Part shown: in pieces, positions 49,027-58,985 of the stretch
Position numbering within the stretch: the stretch's first letter is position 1
Layout: every line of letters begins with the position of its first letter
DNA from: Candidatus Woesebacteria bacterium
Lineage (GTDB): Bacteria > Patescibacteriota > Microgenomatia > UBA8517
Length of the DNA stretch: 64,000 nucleotides
Assembly: GCA_003484955.1 (NCBI GenBank)
Contig: DMZH01000001.1
Span: 87,848 to 151,847 of the forward strand
Direction of reading: 5' to 3'
Program-made: the position numbers and the translations under genes
The notes under the pieces: model-generated
What the model saw: only the letters and a program-made list of their open reading frames with translations
Databases searched by the model: none
What the model was told of the DNA's origin: nothing

Positions 49027-50004
49027 ATGAAAAAACCTATTAGTAAATTCGGAACAATATTAATAATACTAATAACTGTCATTCTGGCGGGAGTTGCTAT
49101 TTTTACTGCTTACAGGCTTTTCCAACTTAGACAAGAGCCCGTGACTCCAAACGTCCCATCAAGTCTTCCTAAAGCCGCAGACGGATCAGAGGGTAGTACT
49201 TGCGGGTTTGATGAAAGTGTCGGCAAAAATATAGAGTGCGCACCAGGACTTATATGTGACATGTCCGCACCAAGTCTCGGTGGTGGAATGGGTGTGTGCC
49301 GAGCCTCAAAGAGCAGTTGTTCATTAAGTTTTACCATTGCAACCACCACCACTCCGGCACCCGTTCCGGGATTGAGCTGTACATCCAAACGCGCATGGCA
49401 GGATGATGACAGAAATAAGCCATCTGTCTATTATTTGACAAAAAGCATAAGCGCCGGGTCAGATATTACCCCAGGACAAAAATTAGTTTATTCGCTTAGT
49501 TATAAAAACACAGGAACAACTGTGGTAAATTCTGCAAGTTTTACAGACGTGCTACCAAGCCAGGTTAGTTTTCTGGACGCAGACAGCGGCTGTAGCTACA
49601 ACTCCGGTGCACGAACCGTAACATGCAGCCTAAATAACATCGCTGTTGGCTCAGCAAGCCAAAAAGCAGTTCGTGTACAAGTCTCTAATACGGCAGTCGC
49701 AGGAAGTCTTATAAACAAAGCAAGCCTTCAGGCGTCTGGAGTTGATACTTCAACATGTCAAATAGCTCTAAACGTACAAACTTCAACCAGTACACCAACC
49801 AGTTCACCCACCCCCACTTCTACCTTTACAAGCTCACCGACCATTACTCCAATCGCAACAGGCACACCAGCTCCAGGGACCGCCAGTCCGACACCGGCAC
49901 CAACTGAAGCTGCTCTTCCTGTATCCGGTACAAGCTGGCCAACTTTGATGGGAGCCGGAATTGGAATAATGGTTATCTTTGGCGCAATACTTTTAGCTCT
50001 CTAA
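49027..50004 (+). CDS. Surface protein: N-terminal TM, Cys-rich module, DUF11-like domain, T/P linker, C-terminal LPVSG sorting-like signal
   Basis: PGQ.L.Y.L.Y.NTG....TDVLP..V.F......C....VTC.L (DUF11-like); AALPVSG + hydrophobic C-terminus. Confidence 0.8.
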   Translation: MKKPISKFGTILIILITVILAGVAIFTAYRLFQLRQEPVTPNVPSSLPKAADGSEGSTCGFDESVGKNIECAPGLICDMSAPSLGGGMGVCRASKSSCSLSFTIATTTTPAPVPGLSCTSKRAWQDDDRNKPSVYYLTKSISAGSDITPGQKLVYSLSYKNTGTTVVNSASFTDVLPSQVSFLDADSGCSYNSGARTVTCSLNNIAVGSASQKAVRVQVSNTAVAGSLINKASLQASGVDTSTCQIALNVQTSTSTPTSSPTPTSTFTSSPTITPIATGTPAPGTASPTPAPTEAALPVSGTSWPTLMGAGIGIMVIFGAILLAL

Positions 50005-50011
50005 ATTCCCT

Positions 50012-50299
50012 GTGAATAAATTTATCTCTTTGTTAACTCCGAGCATAGATTTTGTTAAAAACAACTTCGAAAAAATTATTTTAATCATAGGTTCAGTTAT
50101 CGTGCTTTATTTTGCCTACTGGATAACTTCCTATTCTTTAAAAAAATTGAAACCTGAAGTTTTTTCCTATTACCCATTTAATAAGTTTTTTCCAAAATCC
50201 GGACACTGGTCTGTTGTTTATTTTTTGATAACCATTATCCTCCTGGGGCTTTTAGTCTACATTATTACAAAGGGTGGTTTTTATCTGTCTCCTGCCTAA
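50012..50299 (+). CDS. Small two-TM membrane protein
   Basis: Two hydrophobic segments; last gene of the + strand cluster; GTG start. Confidence 0.6.
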   Translation: MNKFISLLTPSIDFVKNNFEKIILIIGSVIVLYFAYWITSYSLKKLKPEVFSYYPFNKFFPKSGHWSVVYFLITIILLGLLVYIITKGGFYLSPA

Positions 50300-50300
50300 A

Positions 50301-52748
50301 TTATCTCCAGCTTGCTATCCAATAGTAGCTTCGGTCCAGCCAAAGAGGGATTTTTAATCCTGTCCAGTGGGGATAGAAGTAAAAAAACATTAATAGAACA
50401 ATAAGAAAGTAAGTAAATATTAACTTAGGGTTCCTGCGAAGAACGTAGCCTGTCGCGATTGCCAAAAAAGGAATTGATGGGAGGTAGTGGTACAAAAACA
50501 TGATTCTCGGAGACGCTGCCCAAGGAACAAAAAATACTAAGTAAGAGAATACGACAAGTCCAAGTTTTTTGTTTTTCTCAAGATACGCATAGACGGCACA
50601 CACGGCGACCGAGGCAATACCAAACCAAAAGACAAAGGGATTCCCCATCGCATAAATTCTGGATACCATTCCTGCTACTTCGTTACTTGTATAAAGATAA
50701 ATTGGACGAATTAAAAACGGCCAACTCCACCAGGGAGATGAATACGGATGTGTGGCCCTTAACCCGGTGTGATACCACCACATTTGCTTTTGCATTCCCC
50801 ACCAAATGGAAAGCGTGTGGCCAGTTGTAAACATGGGTAGATAACTCAAAAGGTATATTGCAAAGGGTAATATACCAAACCAAAGAATTGATAATTTAAA
50901 TTTACTCTCCCGTTTAAGCCAAAGAATAAAGATGATGGGTGCCACCCAAAGGGCAGACCATTTTGAAGACAGAGCCAGTCCATAAGACGCGGCCGACAGA
51001 AAATCCTTTTGCTTGAGAAAAAAGTAGATTGATAAAAGCGTGAAGAAAAGGACGTAGATGTCATTCATTCCCATTCTTCCGAGAACCAGAGGTAAACCGT
51101 CTAAAGAAAACGTCGCAGCAGAGATTAGTCCCACTGCCTCATCTTTAAATATCTCCTTAGCCAAGAGGTATACCAGAAAAACTGCTCCAACTCCAAGCAG
51201 TGCTCCGGGGATTCTCCAACCAAAAGAGTTTTGACCAAAAATAGTCATACCCAAAACCATTCCCAGTTTAGACAAAGGAGGATGTGTCCATTCATAGGCA
51301 AATCCTTCGGGTGGGGTATTCCACCATTCCCAAGCTTTAGCAGCGTCTTCCCCCATCATTACTTTTGCAGTAAAAGCGTGATAAACCTCATCAAAATACA
51401 TTGTTGAGGGAGACCCTAAATTGAAAACTCTTGCAATAAAAGCAAAAGCCAAAATCGCGTAAAGAATATATTTCGACTTTTCTTTTGAAAGCTTTATTTC
51501 AGGCATTTTTACTAATGTTGCCTTTTTGTTCTTTACACCATTGCTATAAACGAGTTGTTTCATTGATAGCACCACTTTTTTCCAAGAGATTCTTTTATTT
51601 TTAACGATCGAGTAAAATATAAAAAGTAAAAAGCCTATTCCGAAAATTATTAAAAATTTAATCAGAAAATCCGGAAGTATTTGAATAAAATCGTTAGTTA
51701 TCCATTGATACGAATAAACCAGATTTAAAACATAGACCACCGAAAAACCGATATAGGGTAATAAAAATACAGGATTATCGATTGCCACAATCGCAAGCGG
51801 TGCAAAGAGCGGTAAAAGATGTCGTTCATGCATTCTCGTAAAAAACATAAAACTTGCGGCAAAGACAAAGGAAAATAAATAATACGGTGAAAGCTTGTTT
51901 TTGGCAGATTTAAAACAAAGAAAGACCGCTGCCGCAAAAACCAAGACATAGCCTCCAAACTGGTAAAAGATATTGTCGGGTCTCCAAAATCCAAAAAGTC
52001 CCCAGAAATTGAACGCGTTTATGGAGGTGTAAGGATATTGATTTGCCGAAAAATTCAGACGGTTCAAAATAAATTGAATTAAATTTCCTTGCGAAAACGG
52101 TATAAATCCCAAAATAAAAATGGATAGACCCGCTAAATTATACTTAATTATTTTTGCAAAATTCCATTTGTTCATAACCATCAAAAATAAGATTATCGGT
52201 AAAATGAAGGCGGCCTGTGGTTTAATCAAAGTTCCGGCTGAAAGGACGGCTGCAGACAATAAATAATTTCTACCCAAAAAATATATTGACGCGACTGAGG
52301 CAAGCGCGGTTAAGGAATCAACCTGTCCCCAAAGTGTTGAGTTGGCCAGTATCGCAGGGTTAAAAATATAAATTATTGCCCCAATCAATCCCCATTTTTC
52401 ACTTTTGTGTTTTTCCAAAACTTTATATATCAAATAACCTGTTAAAACATCGGATAAAATCGCAGGCAGTTTATAAAGGAGAACTTCGGGGATAAGTCCC
52501 AACAAATTGATTTTTCCCAAACCCCACAGGAAATAAAGATAACCCGGCAAATAATCACTCCAACCGTTGTAAAAATTCTTAAATCCAAAACGTGCAAGGT
52601 TTGAACTCCAGGCAATAAATGTTCCTTGATCAAGCTGTAAAGTTCCGAAAAAAGAAAGTAAAATTCGGAGAGTGAGAGCAAGCAATAAAACATATACAAT
52701 ATTAGGTATGAAGAAACTGGCTTTTTTGTTTTTTATTTTAACCTTCAT
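50301..52748 (-). CDS. Tandem GT-C glycosyltransferase; C-terminal module of protein O-mannosyltransferase (PMT/GT39) type
   Basis: N-terminal module has DYLPGY, FNPA....WGQVD, IKPQ, RMHERH. C-terminal module has FDEVYH, HPPL.K, FGWR, KWS, HPYSS.WWSWP, GNP, FLYHYLP (PMT-like). Confidence 0.85.
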   Translation of the reverse strand: MKVKIKNKKASFFIPNIVYVLLLALTLRILLSFFGTLQLDQGTFIAWSSNLARFGFKNFYNGWSDYLPGYLYFLWGLGKINLLGLIPEVLLYKLPAILSDVLTGYLIYKVLEKHKSEKWGLIGAIIYIFNPAILANSTLWGQVDSLTALASVASIYFLGRNYLLSAAVLSAGTLIKPQAAFILPIILFLMVMNKWNFAKIIKYNLAGLSIFILGFIPFSQGNLIQFILNRLNFSANQYPYTSINAFNFWGLFGFWRPDNIFYQFGGYVLVFAAAVFLCFKSAKNKLSPYYLFSFVFAASFMFFTRMHERHLLPLFAPLAIVAIDNPVFLLPYIGFSVVYVLNLVYSYQWITNDFIQILPDFLIKFLIIFGIGFLLFIFYSIVKNKRISWKKVVLSMKQLVYSNGVKNKKATLVKMPEIKLSKEKSKYILYAILAFAFIARVFNLGSPSTMYFDEVYHAFTAKVMMGEDAAKAWEWWNTPPEGFAYEWTHPPLSKLGMVLGMTIFGQNSFGWRIPGALLGVGAVFLVYLLAKEIFKDEAVGLISAATFSLDGLPLVLGRMGMNDIYVLFFTLLSIYFFLKQKDFLSAASYGLALSSKWSALWVAPIIFILWLKRESKFKLSILWFGILPFAIYLLSYLPMFTTGHTLSIWWGMQKQMWWYHTGLRATHPYSSPWWSWPFLIRPIYLYTSNEVAGMVSRIYAMGNPFVFWFGIASVAVCAVYAYLEKNKKLGLVVFSYLVFFVPWAASPRIMFLYHYLPSIPFLAIATGYVLRRNPKLIFTYFLIVLLMFFYFYPHWTGLKIPLWLDRSYYWIASWR

Positions 52749-53898
52749 TGTTTATCTATTTACGTCGGCAGGCCAAACACCGTATGACTATTTTACCCGA
52801 CTTTCCGATGCAATGCTCTCGGGAAAATATTATCTCACTGAAAACCCTCCCTGGCTTTCTGAGTTAATTCCTGCGGGACAAAATAAATCTTCCGGTGAAG
52901 ACATGTTCTATGTAGTTTATCCCCCAATGCCGGCAATTTTAGCAATGCCTTTCCGATTTATCCTGGGTAACAAATTCGAACAACAATATTTGGCTCACTT
53001 CTTGGGTGCAGGAATTGTTGCACTCACCATGTTAATCGCCTGGACTGTAAAGCGCGATGGTTCCCCACTAGAGCGAAAAAAAATATTAATTTGGGTGGGG
53101 CTCCTAAGTGGTTTTGGAAATATTATCTGGTTTCTGTCGGCAACCGGATCATCCTGGTATCTGGGGCAGGTGTCCTCGGCATTTTTTCTCACTTTCGCAC
53201 TTTATGAATCTTTAACTAAAAAACGATCATTTTTGGTCGGTATATTTTTTGGCGCAGCTTTTCTATCCAGAATTAATATTTTTATTTCATTACCTGTGTT
53301 CTTATACCTACTTTGGGACAAAAAATGGTTCAAAAACTATTTAAAAATTGGCCTGGGTATTTTACCTTTTCTCCTTCTTAATTTTACCTACAACTTTATA
53401 AGATTTGGTGTCGTTTGGGACAAAGCATATTTTATTCTTCCCCAAATATTGAATGAACTTAATAGACCGTGGTTTGTAAAAGGTGTGACTAATATTGCCT
53501 ACATACCAAGTAATTTAATTGCTGCCTTTTGGTCATTCCCGAAAATTCTAAACACACCTCCTTATATTGAACCCTCATGGTCATCATTGGCAATTTGGAT
53601 AACAACTCCGGCTTTTATTTTTGCTTTCTTTTCATCAATAAAAGAAAGACTGACTCGGTTTTTATGGTTATCTGTACTTCTTACTTTTCTGGTCGTCGCA
53701 ATGCATGGCGGAACCGGATGGGCACAATTCGGATATAGGTTTGCTGTAGACTTTTATCCGTTTTTATTTCTTCTGGTAATAAAGGGGGTGAGTAGAACCG
53801 GGTTGAGATGGCACCATTGGCTTCTTCTTGCGCTTTCGATTATTGTGAATCTTTGGGGAGTGCTTTGGATAAACAAGTTTGGCTGGGTAAGTTTTTAG
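52708..53898 (+). CDS. GT-C fold integral membrane glycosyltransferase (start revised to ATG 52708)
   Basis: About 10 TMs, YVVYPP, AFLSR, YN.IRFG, GYRF..D motifs; TACAAT lies 7 nt before ATG 52708. Confidence 0.72.
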   Translation: MKKLAFLFFILTFIVYLFTSAGQTPYDYFTRLSDAMLSGKYYLTENPPWLSELIPAGQNKSSGEDMFYVVYPPMPAILAMPFRFILGNKFEQQYLAHFLGAGIVALTMLIAWTVKRDGSPLERKKILIWVGLLSGFGNIIWFLSATGSSWYLGQVSSAFFLTFALYESLTKKRSFLVGIFFGAAFLSRINIFISLPVFLYLLWDKKWFKNYLKIGLGILPFLLLNFTYNFIRFGVVWDKAYFILPQILNELNRPWFVKGVTNIAYIPSNLIAAFWSFPKILNTPPYIEPSWSSLAIWITTPAFIFAFFSSIKERLTRFLWLSVLLTFLVVAMHGGTGWAQFGYRFAVDFYPFLFLLVIKGVSRTGLRWHHWLLLALSIIVNLWGVLWINKFGWVSF

Positions 53899-53899
53899 A

Positions 53900-54979
53900 A
53901 TGAATAAGATCATTTTTTACCTGATCGTTAACAGAATTATAATTCTTCTCTTGGCATTTTTTTTATCGGGGATAAGACACTTTTACAACTTTCTTTTAAC
54001 TTTTGGTGGAAGATGGGATGGCAATAGTTATACATTTTTAGCGACACACGGATATGTAATCCAAGGCCCGGAAAAAAGCTTTCTGGTTTTTCCCCCTCTA
54101 TATCCGGCATTTATCAAAATATTTTCTCTCTTCGGTCTCGATCCAATACTGAGCGGGGTAATAATTTCAAATGTCTTCTTTGTACTGGGAATGGTTGTTT
54201 TATACAAATTGGTTGAATCAACTTGGAATAAGAAAGTTGCTCTATCAACCGTAATTCTAATTTCAGTTTTCCCAACCACATACTTTTTTTCAATTGCCTA
54301 TCCTGAATCACTTTTTGTTTTTCTATTTTCTCTTTCTTTCTATTTCGCCCACAAAAAATCATTTTTACTGTCGGCTCTGATTGGAGGATTTGCAACAATG
54401 ACACGTCCTTTCGGATTGGTAATTTTTCCGTCGATTCTTGTCTTCATGCTAAATGCAAAGAGACTAAATTTAAAAAATTTATTGCTAACTGTTCTGCTTT
54501 TTACATTACCGATACTCCCTTACTTTCATATAAACTACTCACTTTTTGGTAGCCCTTTGGCTTTTACAACACTTTTAAAACAAAACTGGCAAAAAAGTTT
54601 TGATTTCCCCTGGAACGGAATTGTTTCAAGCTGGAAAAGGGGAATTTTTACAACAGATTCCTTTTCATATAAATATTTTGTGGGTTATGCTGAGGCAATC
54701 ACTTCAACCATCGCTTGGATTTTTGTTGCACTGGGAGCCAAAATGTGGAAGATCAAATCCCCATACTTTCTTTATTTATTTTTGGGAACATTCTTTTTCA
54801 CCTCGACAGGTTTTATACTAAGTGCTCCAAGATACCTTCTTTCAATCCCGCCATTTTTTATTCTTTTTGCAGAACTCATTTCAAAAAAGAGGTTTATTTT
54901 ATTTATTTTTGCACCGATTTGTTTAGGTCTTCTTTTGTGGTTTATTCACAATTTTGCATTGGGCCAGTGGGCTTTTTAA
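53900..54979 (+). CDS. PIG-V/GT76-like membrane mannosyltransferase
   Basis: RWDG.SY..LA..GY, FPPLYP, FP...F....YPESLF, TRP.G, PRY motifs. Confidence 0.8.
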   Translation: MNKIIFYLIVNRIIILLLAFFLSGIRHFYNFLLTFGGRWDGNSYTFLATHGYVIQGPEKSFLVFPPLYPAFIKIFSLFGLDPILSGVIISNVFFVLGMVVLYKLVESTWNKKVALSTVILISVFPTTYFFSIAYPESLFVFLFSLSFYFAHKKSFLLSALIGGFATMTRPFGLVIFPSILVFMLNAKRLNLKNLLLTVLLFTLPILPYFHINYSLFGSPLAFTTLLKQNWQKSFDFPWNGIVSSWKRGIFTTDSFSYKYFVGYAEAITSTIAWIFVALGAKMWKIKSPYFLYLFLGTFFFTSTGFILSAPRYLLSIPPFFILFAELISKKRFILFIFAPICLGLLLWFIHNFALGQWAF

Positions 54980-56070
54980 ATACCGAGGATTAAGGTAAAC
55001 CATTCATTGATTTCTTCCCATTTTCCGTTGCCAGCCTTTGGCGTAAAAACGTATAAATTATCGTAGGCTTTACTAATCGGAGGATTAACCAGTAAACCAT
55101 CCGGGATGAGAAATTGATTTATGTTTTTACTTCCGTCCAAAATTAATCTGATTAAAATTCCGGACGCCGGTAAATCAATATCGGTCTCAACATATTTTTT
55201 GACGATATTGAGCATTGCAGCGTCTACCTTCGGATTTAAAAGTACTTTCGGTTGAGTAATTTTTTCCTTAATCGCCCCAACTATCTTTTGCTGTCTTGAT
55301 TCTCTTGCAATATCCGTTCCTTCTGTACCTTCTGCATGACGCGATCGGACGAATTTAAGAGCAGTTCCTCCGTTCATCGTTTGGACTCCAGGGTTAAAGA
55401 TTATCGTTTCATAACGGCAGGTAAAAGTTGTGTCTCCTTCGCAGGTGTCGTTTTCGCGTCCTTCAATCGGGTAAAGTTTGTCTGTAAAACCATTCTCAAC
55501 ATTGACTTCTATTCCACCCAATGCATCAATAATGTCTCTAAAAGATGAGGAATCGATTACGGCACCATATTGAATTGGCTGCCCGACAACCTCCTCGGTA
55601 ATTTTCTTTGCAAAGGCAATCCCTCCACCAGTCTCTTGACTTGTAAAATAGGGCGTACCCTGTTTACCCCAATAATAAGCAGAGTTAATTTTTGCTCTAA
55701 TTTCGGGTATCCAAATATCTCTTGGAATAGAAATCATTTTGATCTCAGTCCTGTCCAGCGAAACCGAAACCAAAATCATTGTATCGGTCAGGTCTGCTCC
55801 GTCATGGGCTCCGCCCGATTTTCCCATTACCAAAATATTTGTTTTTCCTCCATTCGAAGCAATTTGATTCGCAGGAGAGGCAATAAAATTATAAACAGTT
55901 TTTGCTGCCAACGGAAATTTATAAACAGCAAGACCGACTCCGAAAAAGGGCACTAAAAAGAGTACCAAGATCGTCAAAAGAATTATCTTTCCCCACCTTT
56001 TTTGGTGCCTTGAAACCACAGATTCTTCCGGTCGCTCCACAAAACTACCCGTGTTAGAATGATCAAGCAT
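54976..56070 (-). CDS. LytR-CpsA-Psr (LCP) family protein
   Basis: TM, NILVMG, TDTMIL, SIPRD, KINSAY, DALGGI, ALKFVRSRH, D..R..RQQ. Confidence 0.95.
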   Translation of the reverse strand: MLDHSNTGSFVERPEESVVSRHQKRWGKIILLTILVLFLVPFFGVGLAVYKFPLAAKTVYNFIASPANQIASNGGKTNILVMGKSGGAHDGADLTDTMILVSVSLDRTEIKMISIPRDIWIPEIRAKINSAYYWGKQGTPYFTSQETGGGIAFAKKITEEVVGQPIQYGAVIDSSSFRDIIDALGGIEVNVENGFTDKLYPIEGRENDTCEGDTTFTCRYETIIFNPGVQTMNGGTALKFVRSRHAEGTEGTDIARESRQQKIVGAIKEKITQPKVLLNPKVDAAMLNIVKKYVETDIDLPASGILIRLILDGSKNINQFLIPDGLLVNPPISKAYDNLYVFTPKAGNGKWEEINEWFTLILGI

Positions 56071-57994
56071 GTCAGATATTAGTATAGCTGGTTTAAACGA
56101 ACAACAAAAATTAGCAGTTACCTATACCGACGGGTCGCTTTTGGTTTTAGCAGGAGCAGGTTCCGGAAAGACTAAAGTTCTGACCCATCGTGTTGCATAT
56201 TTTATTTCAAAAGGCTTAATGAAACCTGAAAATGCTCTTCTTTTAACATTCACCAATAAAGCCGCTAACGAGATGAAAGAAAGAATTGTTAAACTCCTGA
56301 GCAATCAAACATCCGTCGCCGGCTCTCAACCATTGGCTACCACTTTTCATTCTTTTTGCGCAAAGGTCCTAAGAGTAGATGGAGAGAATATTGGAATTCC
56401 CCAAAATTTCATTATCTATGATGACCAGGACCAAAAGGAGGCAGTTAAGCAGATAATGGAAAGACTTAATATTTCAATCGAGCAGTTTAACCCTTCTTCA
56501 ATTCTCAACGGAATCAGTGAAGTCAAAAACCAAATGCTTAGTCCGGAAGAATATTTAAATTTGGTAAGAAGCGATTGGCAGGAAATTGCCGCCAAGGTTT
56601 ACTTTGAGTACGAAAAAAATCTTAAAGAAATAGGGGCACTGGATTTTGATGACCTTCTTATTAAAACAGTTAAACTTTTCAAGGAAGTCCCTCAGGTTTT
56701 GGAGAAGTGGCAAAAAAAACTTACACATATCTTTATTGATGAATGGCAGGACACAAACAAGATTCAATATATTTTGGCAAAGCTTCTTGTGGGCGGGAGT
56801 GAAAATATTACCGCGGTAGGGGATGCTTCCCAGTCTATTTATTCCTGGCGCGGAGCCGACTTCCGGAATATTAATTATCTTATGCGCGACTATCCCAATA
56901 TAAAAGTAATTAATCTTGAACAAAATTACAGATCTACGCAGAACATCCTTGACGCAGCCAACTTGGTCATATCAAAAAATACGAGTCACCCAATTCTGAA
57001 GCTTTGGACTGAAAAAGATAAGGGGTCAAAAATCAAACTATATTCAGCCAGGAACGGATTTGATGAGGCAGATTTTATTGTTTCAGAAATTCAATTTCAT
57101 AATTCTGGATACGGCGGCTTTGCTGTGCTTTATCGCACTAATGCACAATCCCGTGTTTTGGAAGAAGCATTCCTGCACGCAGGCATTCCCTATATCCTTG
57201 TTGGCGGAGTTAAATTTTACGCTAGACGCGAAATTAAAGATGTTCTGGCTTTTGTCCGACACTTTGTAAATCCTAAGGATCCTGTATCTAGAAAAAGGAT
57301 TGGAAAACTTGGCAAAACCAGGCTGAAAAAGTATGAAGAACTTGTGATAACTTGGAAAGAGAGTAATAGAAAGTTGGAAGATCTTAGTACTCTTGATATT
57401 TTAGATGAAATCATTCAAAAAACAGATTATCTTGCTCTTTTCCAGAAGGAAACCGAGGAGAATTTGGCTAGATTGGAAAACCTGAAAGAGCTGCGAAGCG
57501 TGGCAACAGAGTTTCCCAACGTTAATGAATTTTTAGAAAACGTCGCTTTGGTTGAGGCATCTCAAGATTCCAACAGACATATCACTCCCGGTGCCCAGTC
57601 GGGTGAACACGTGACTCTTATGACCCTCCACGCCGCTAAGGGTCTGGAGTTTCCGACTGTTTTTATCATAGGAATGGAGGAGGGGCTTTTCCCTCACAGT
57701 AGATCTTTGATGGACTCAAACCAGCTGGAAGAAGAACGCCGACTTGCTTACGTTGGAATTACCCGGGCTAAGGATCTTCTTTACCTAACCTACGCATCCT
57801 CCCGCCTTTATTTCGGGGAAAGAATCAGCAATCCTCCAAGCAGGTTTATTATGGACATTCCTGAGAATTTATTAGAAAACATTGGGGGAGAAAGTATAAA
57901 ACCGATCGAAGAATTTAAACTAGATTCTATAGATGATATAAAGGGGACTTTTGACGATATAATAGATAAGTATCTGCCACACAATAATGAATAA
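56069..57994 (+). CDS. ATP-dependent DNA helicase UvrD/PcrA (short 2B subdomain)
   Basis: AGAGSGKT, TFTNKAA, DEWQDTN, VGDASQSIY.WRGA, QNYRS, HAAKGLEF, EERRLAYVGITRA. Confidence 0.96.
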   Translation: MSDISIAGLNEQQKLAVTYTDGSLLVLAGAGSGKTKVLTHRVAYFISKGLMKPENALLLTFTNKAANEMKERIVKLLSNQTSVAGSQPLATTFHSFCAKVLRVDGENIGIPQNFIIYDDQDQKEAVKQIMERLNISIEQFNPSSILNGISEVKNQMLSPEEYLNLVRSDWQEIAAKVYFEYEKNLKEIGALDFDDLLIKTVKLFKEVPQVLEKWQKKLTHIFIDEWQDTNKIQYILAKLLVGGSENITAVGDASQSIYSWRGADFRNINYLMRDYPNIKVINLEQNYRSTQNILDAANLVISKNTSHPILKLWTEKDKGSKIKLYSARNGFDEADFIVSEIQFHNSGYGGFAVLYRTNAQSRVLEEAFLHAGIPYILVGGVKFYARREIKDVLAFVRHFVNPKDPVSRKRIGKLGKTRLKKYEELVITWKESNRKLEDLSTLDILDEIIQKTDYLALFQKETEENLARLENLKELRSVATEFPNVNEFLENVALVEASQDSNRHITPGAQSGEHVTLMTLHAAKGLEFPTVFIIGMEEGLFPHSRSLMDSNQLEEERRLAYVGITRAKDLLYLTYASSRLYFGERISNPPSRFIMDIPENLLENIGGESIKPIEEFKLDSIDDIKGTFDDIIDKYLPHNNE

Positions 57995-58964
57995 CTTGGA
58001 CCAAATTGTCACACACCCTTTGCAAACTTCTTTTTGGGGAGAGTTTAGGAAATCCTGGGGAAACGAGGTTCTTGAAACAAAATACGGAATACTGACTCTT
58101 CACAAATTGCCATTAACAAACTACAAAATCGGTATGTTTATAAAGGGACCGGAACCCAATCAACCAATGCTTACAGACTTAAAAGAAATTGGTAGAAAAT
58201 ATAAACTTGTTTTCATCAAGTTAGAACCGAATGTTGGTTGGGAATTTCCAATTTCCGGTCCAAAATCTTCAATTAAGTCCAAACTAATTAAATTACTGAA
58301 ACAAAACGGAGCTGTGCAAGGAAAAACACTATTTACACCCACCACTTTTCAAATAGATCTATCCCCAAGCGAAGAGGAGCTAATGAAAGGCTTCTCAAGT
58401 AAAACCCGCTACAACATAAGGCTGGCTGAAAGGAAAGGTGTAATAGTCAAGGAAAACGGCTCCGACAAAGCTTTTTCAAAATATCTTGAGCTAACCCGCG
58501 AAACTGTTGGAAGACAAGGATTTTTTGCCCATACTGAAAAATATCACCGGCTGATGTGGAACATTTTGAAAAAAGCCGGAATAGCCCGCTTGATGGTTGC
58601 TACTTATCAGGGTGAAATTATCACCACCTGGATTCTTTTTGCCTGGAAAGACTTTTTATATTACCCATACGGGGCTTCTACCGAAAAACATAAAGAAGTC
58701 ATGGCCAACAACCTCATGATGTGGGAAGCGATAAAATTCGGCAAAAAACTCGGACTTACCACGTTTGATCTCTGGGGGAGGGAGGAAGGTAAAGGTTTTA
58801 CAAAATTTAAGGAAGGTTTCAGCCCGAAGGTGATAGAATTTTTAGGTACGTGGGATCTGATAATAAACAAGCCGCTTTACATGATTTATAAGATAGCCGA
58901 ATATATCAGGTGGCCCGTACTTAAGCTGTTTGCGGCATCTGGATTATCGAAACACAGATTTTAA
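57987..58964 (+). CDS. FemABX-family peptidyl transferase
   Basis: HPLQ..WGEF, FIKLEP, IDL...EEL......RYNIRLA.RKGV, Y.YGAS, WEAI, DLWG, FKEGF. Confidence 0.92.
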   Translation: MNNLDQIVTHPLQTSFWGEFRKSWGNEVLETKYGILTLHKLPLTNYKIGMFIKGPEPNQPMLTDLKEIGRKYKLVFIKLEPNVGWEFPISGPKSSIKSKLIKLLKQNGAVQGKTLFTPTTFQIDLSPSEEELMKGFSSKTRYNIRLAERKGVIVKENGSDKAFSKYLELTRETVGRQGFFAHTEKYHRLMWNILKKAGIARLMVATYQGEIITTWILFAWKDFLYYPYGASTEKHKEVMANNLMMWEAIKFGKKLGLTTFDLWGREEGKGFTKFKEGFSPKVIEFLGTWDLIINKPLYMIYKIAEYIRWPVLKLFAASGLSKHRF

Positions 58965-58985
58965 AATTTAAGGGGGTGAGAAAAA

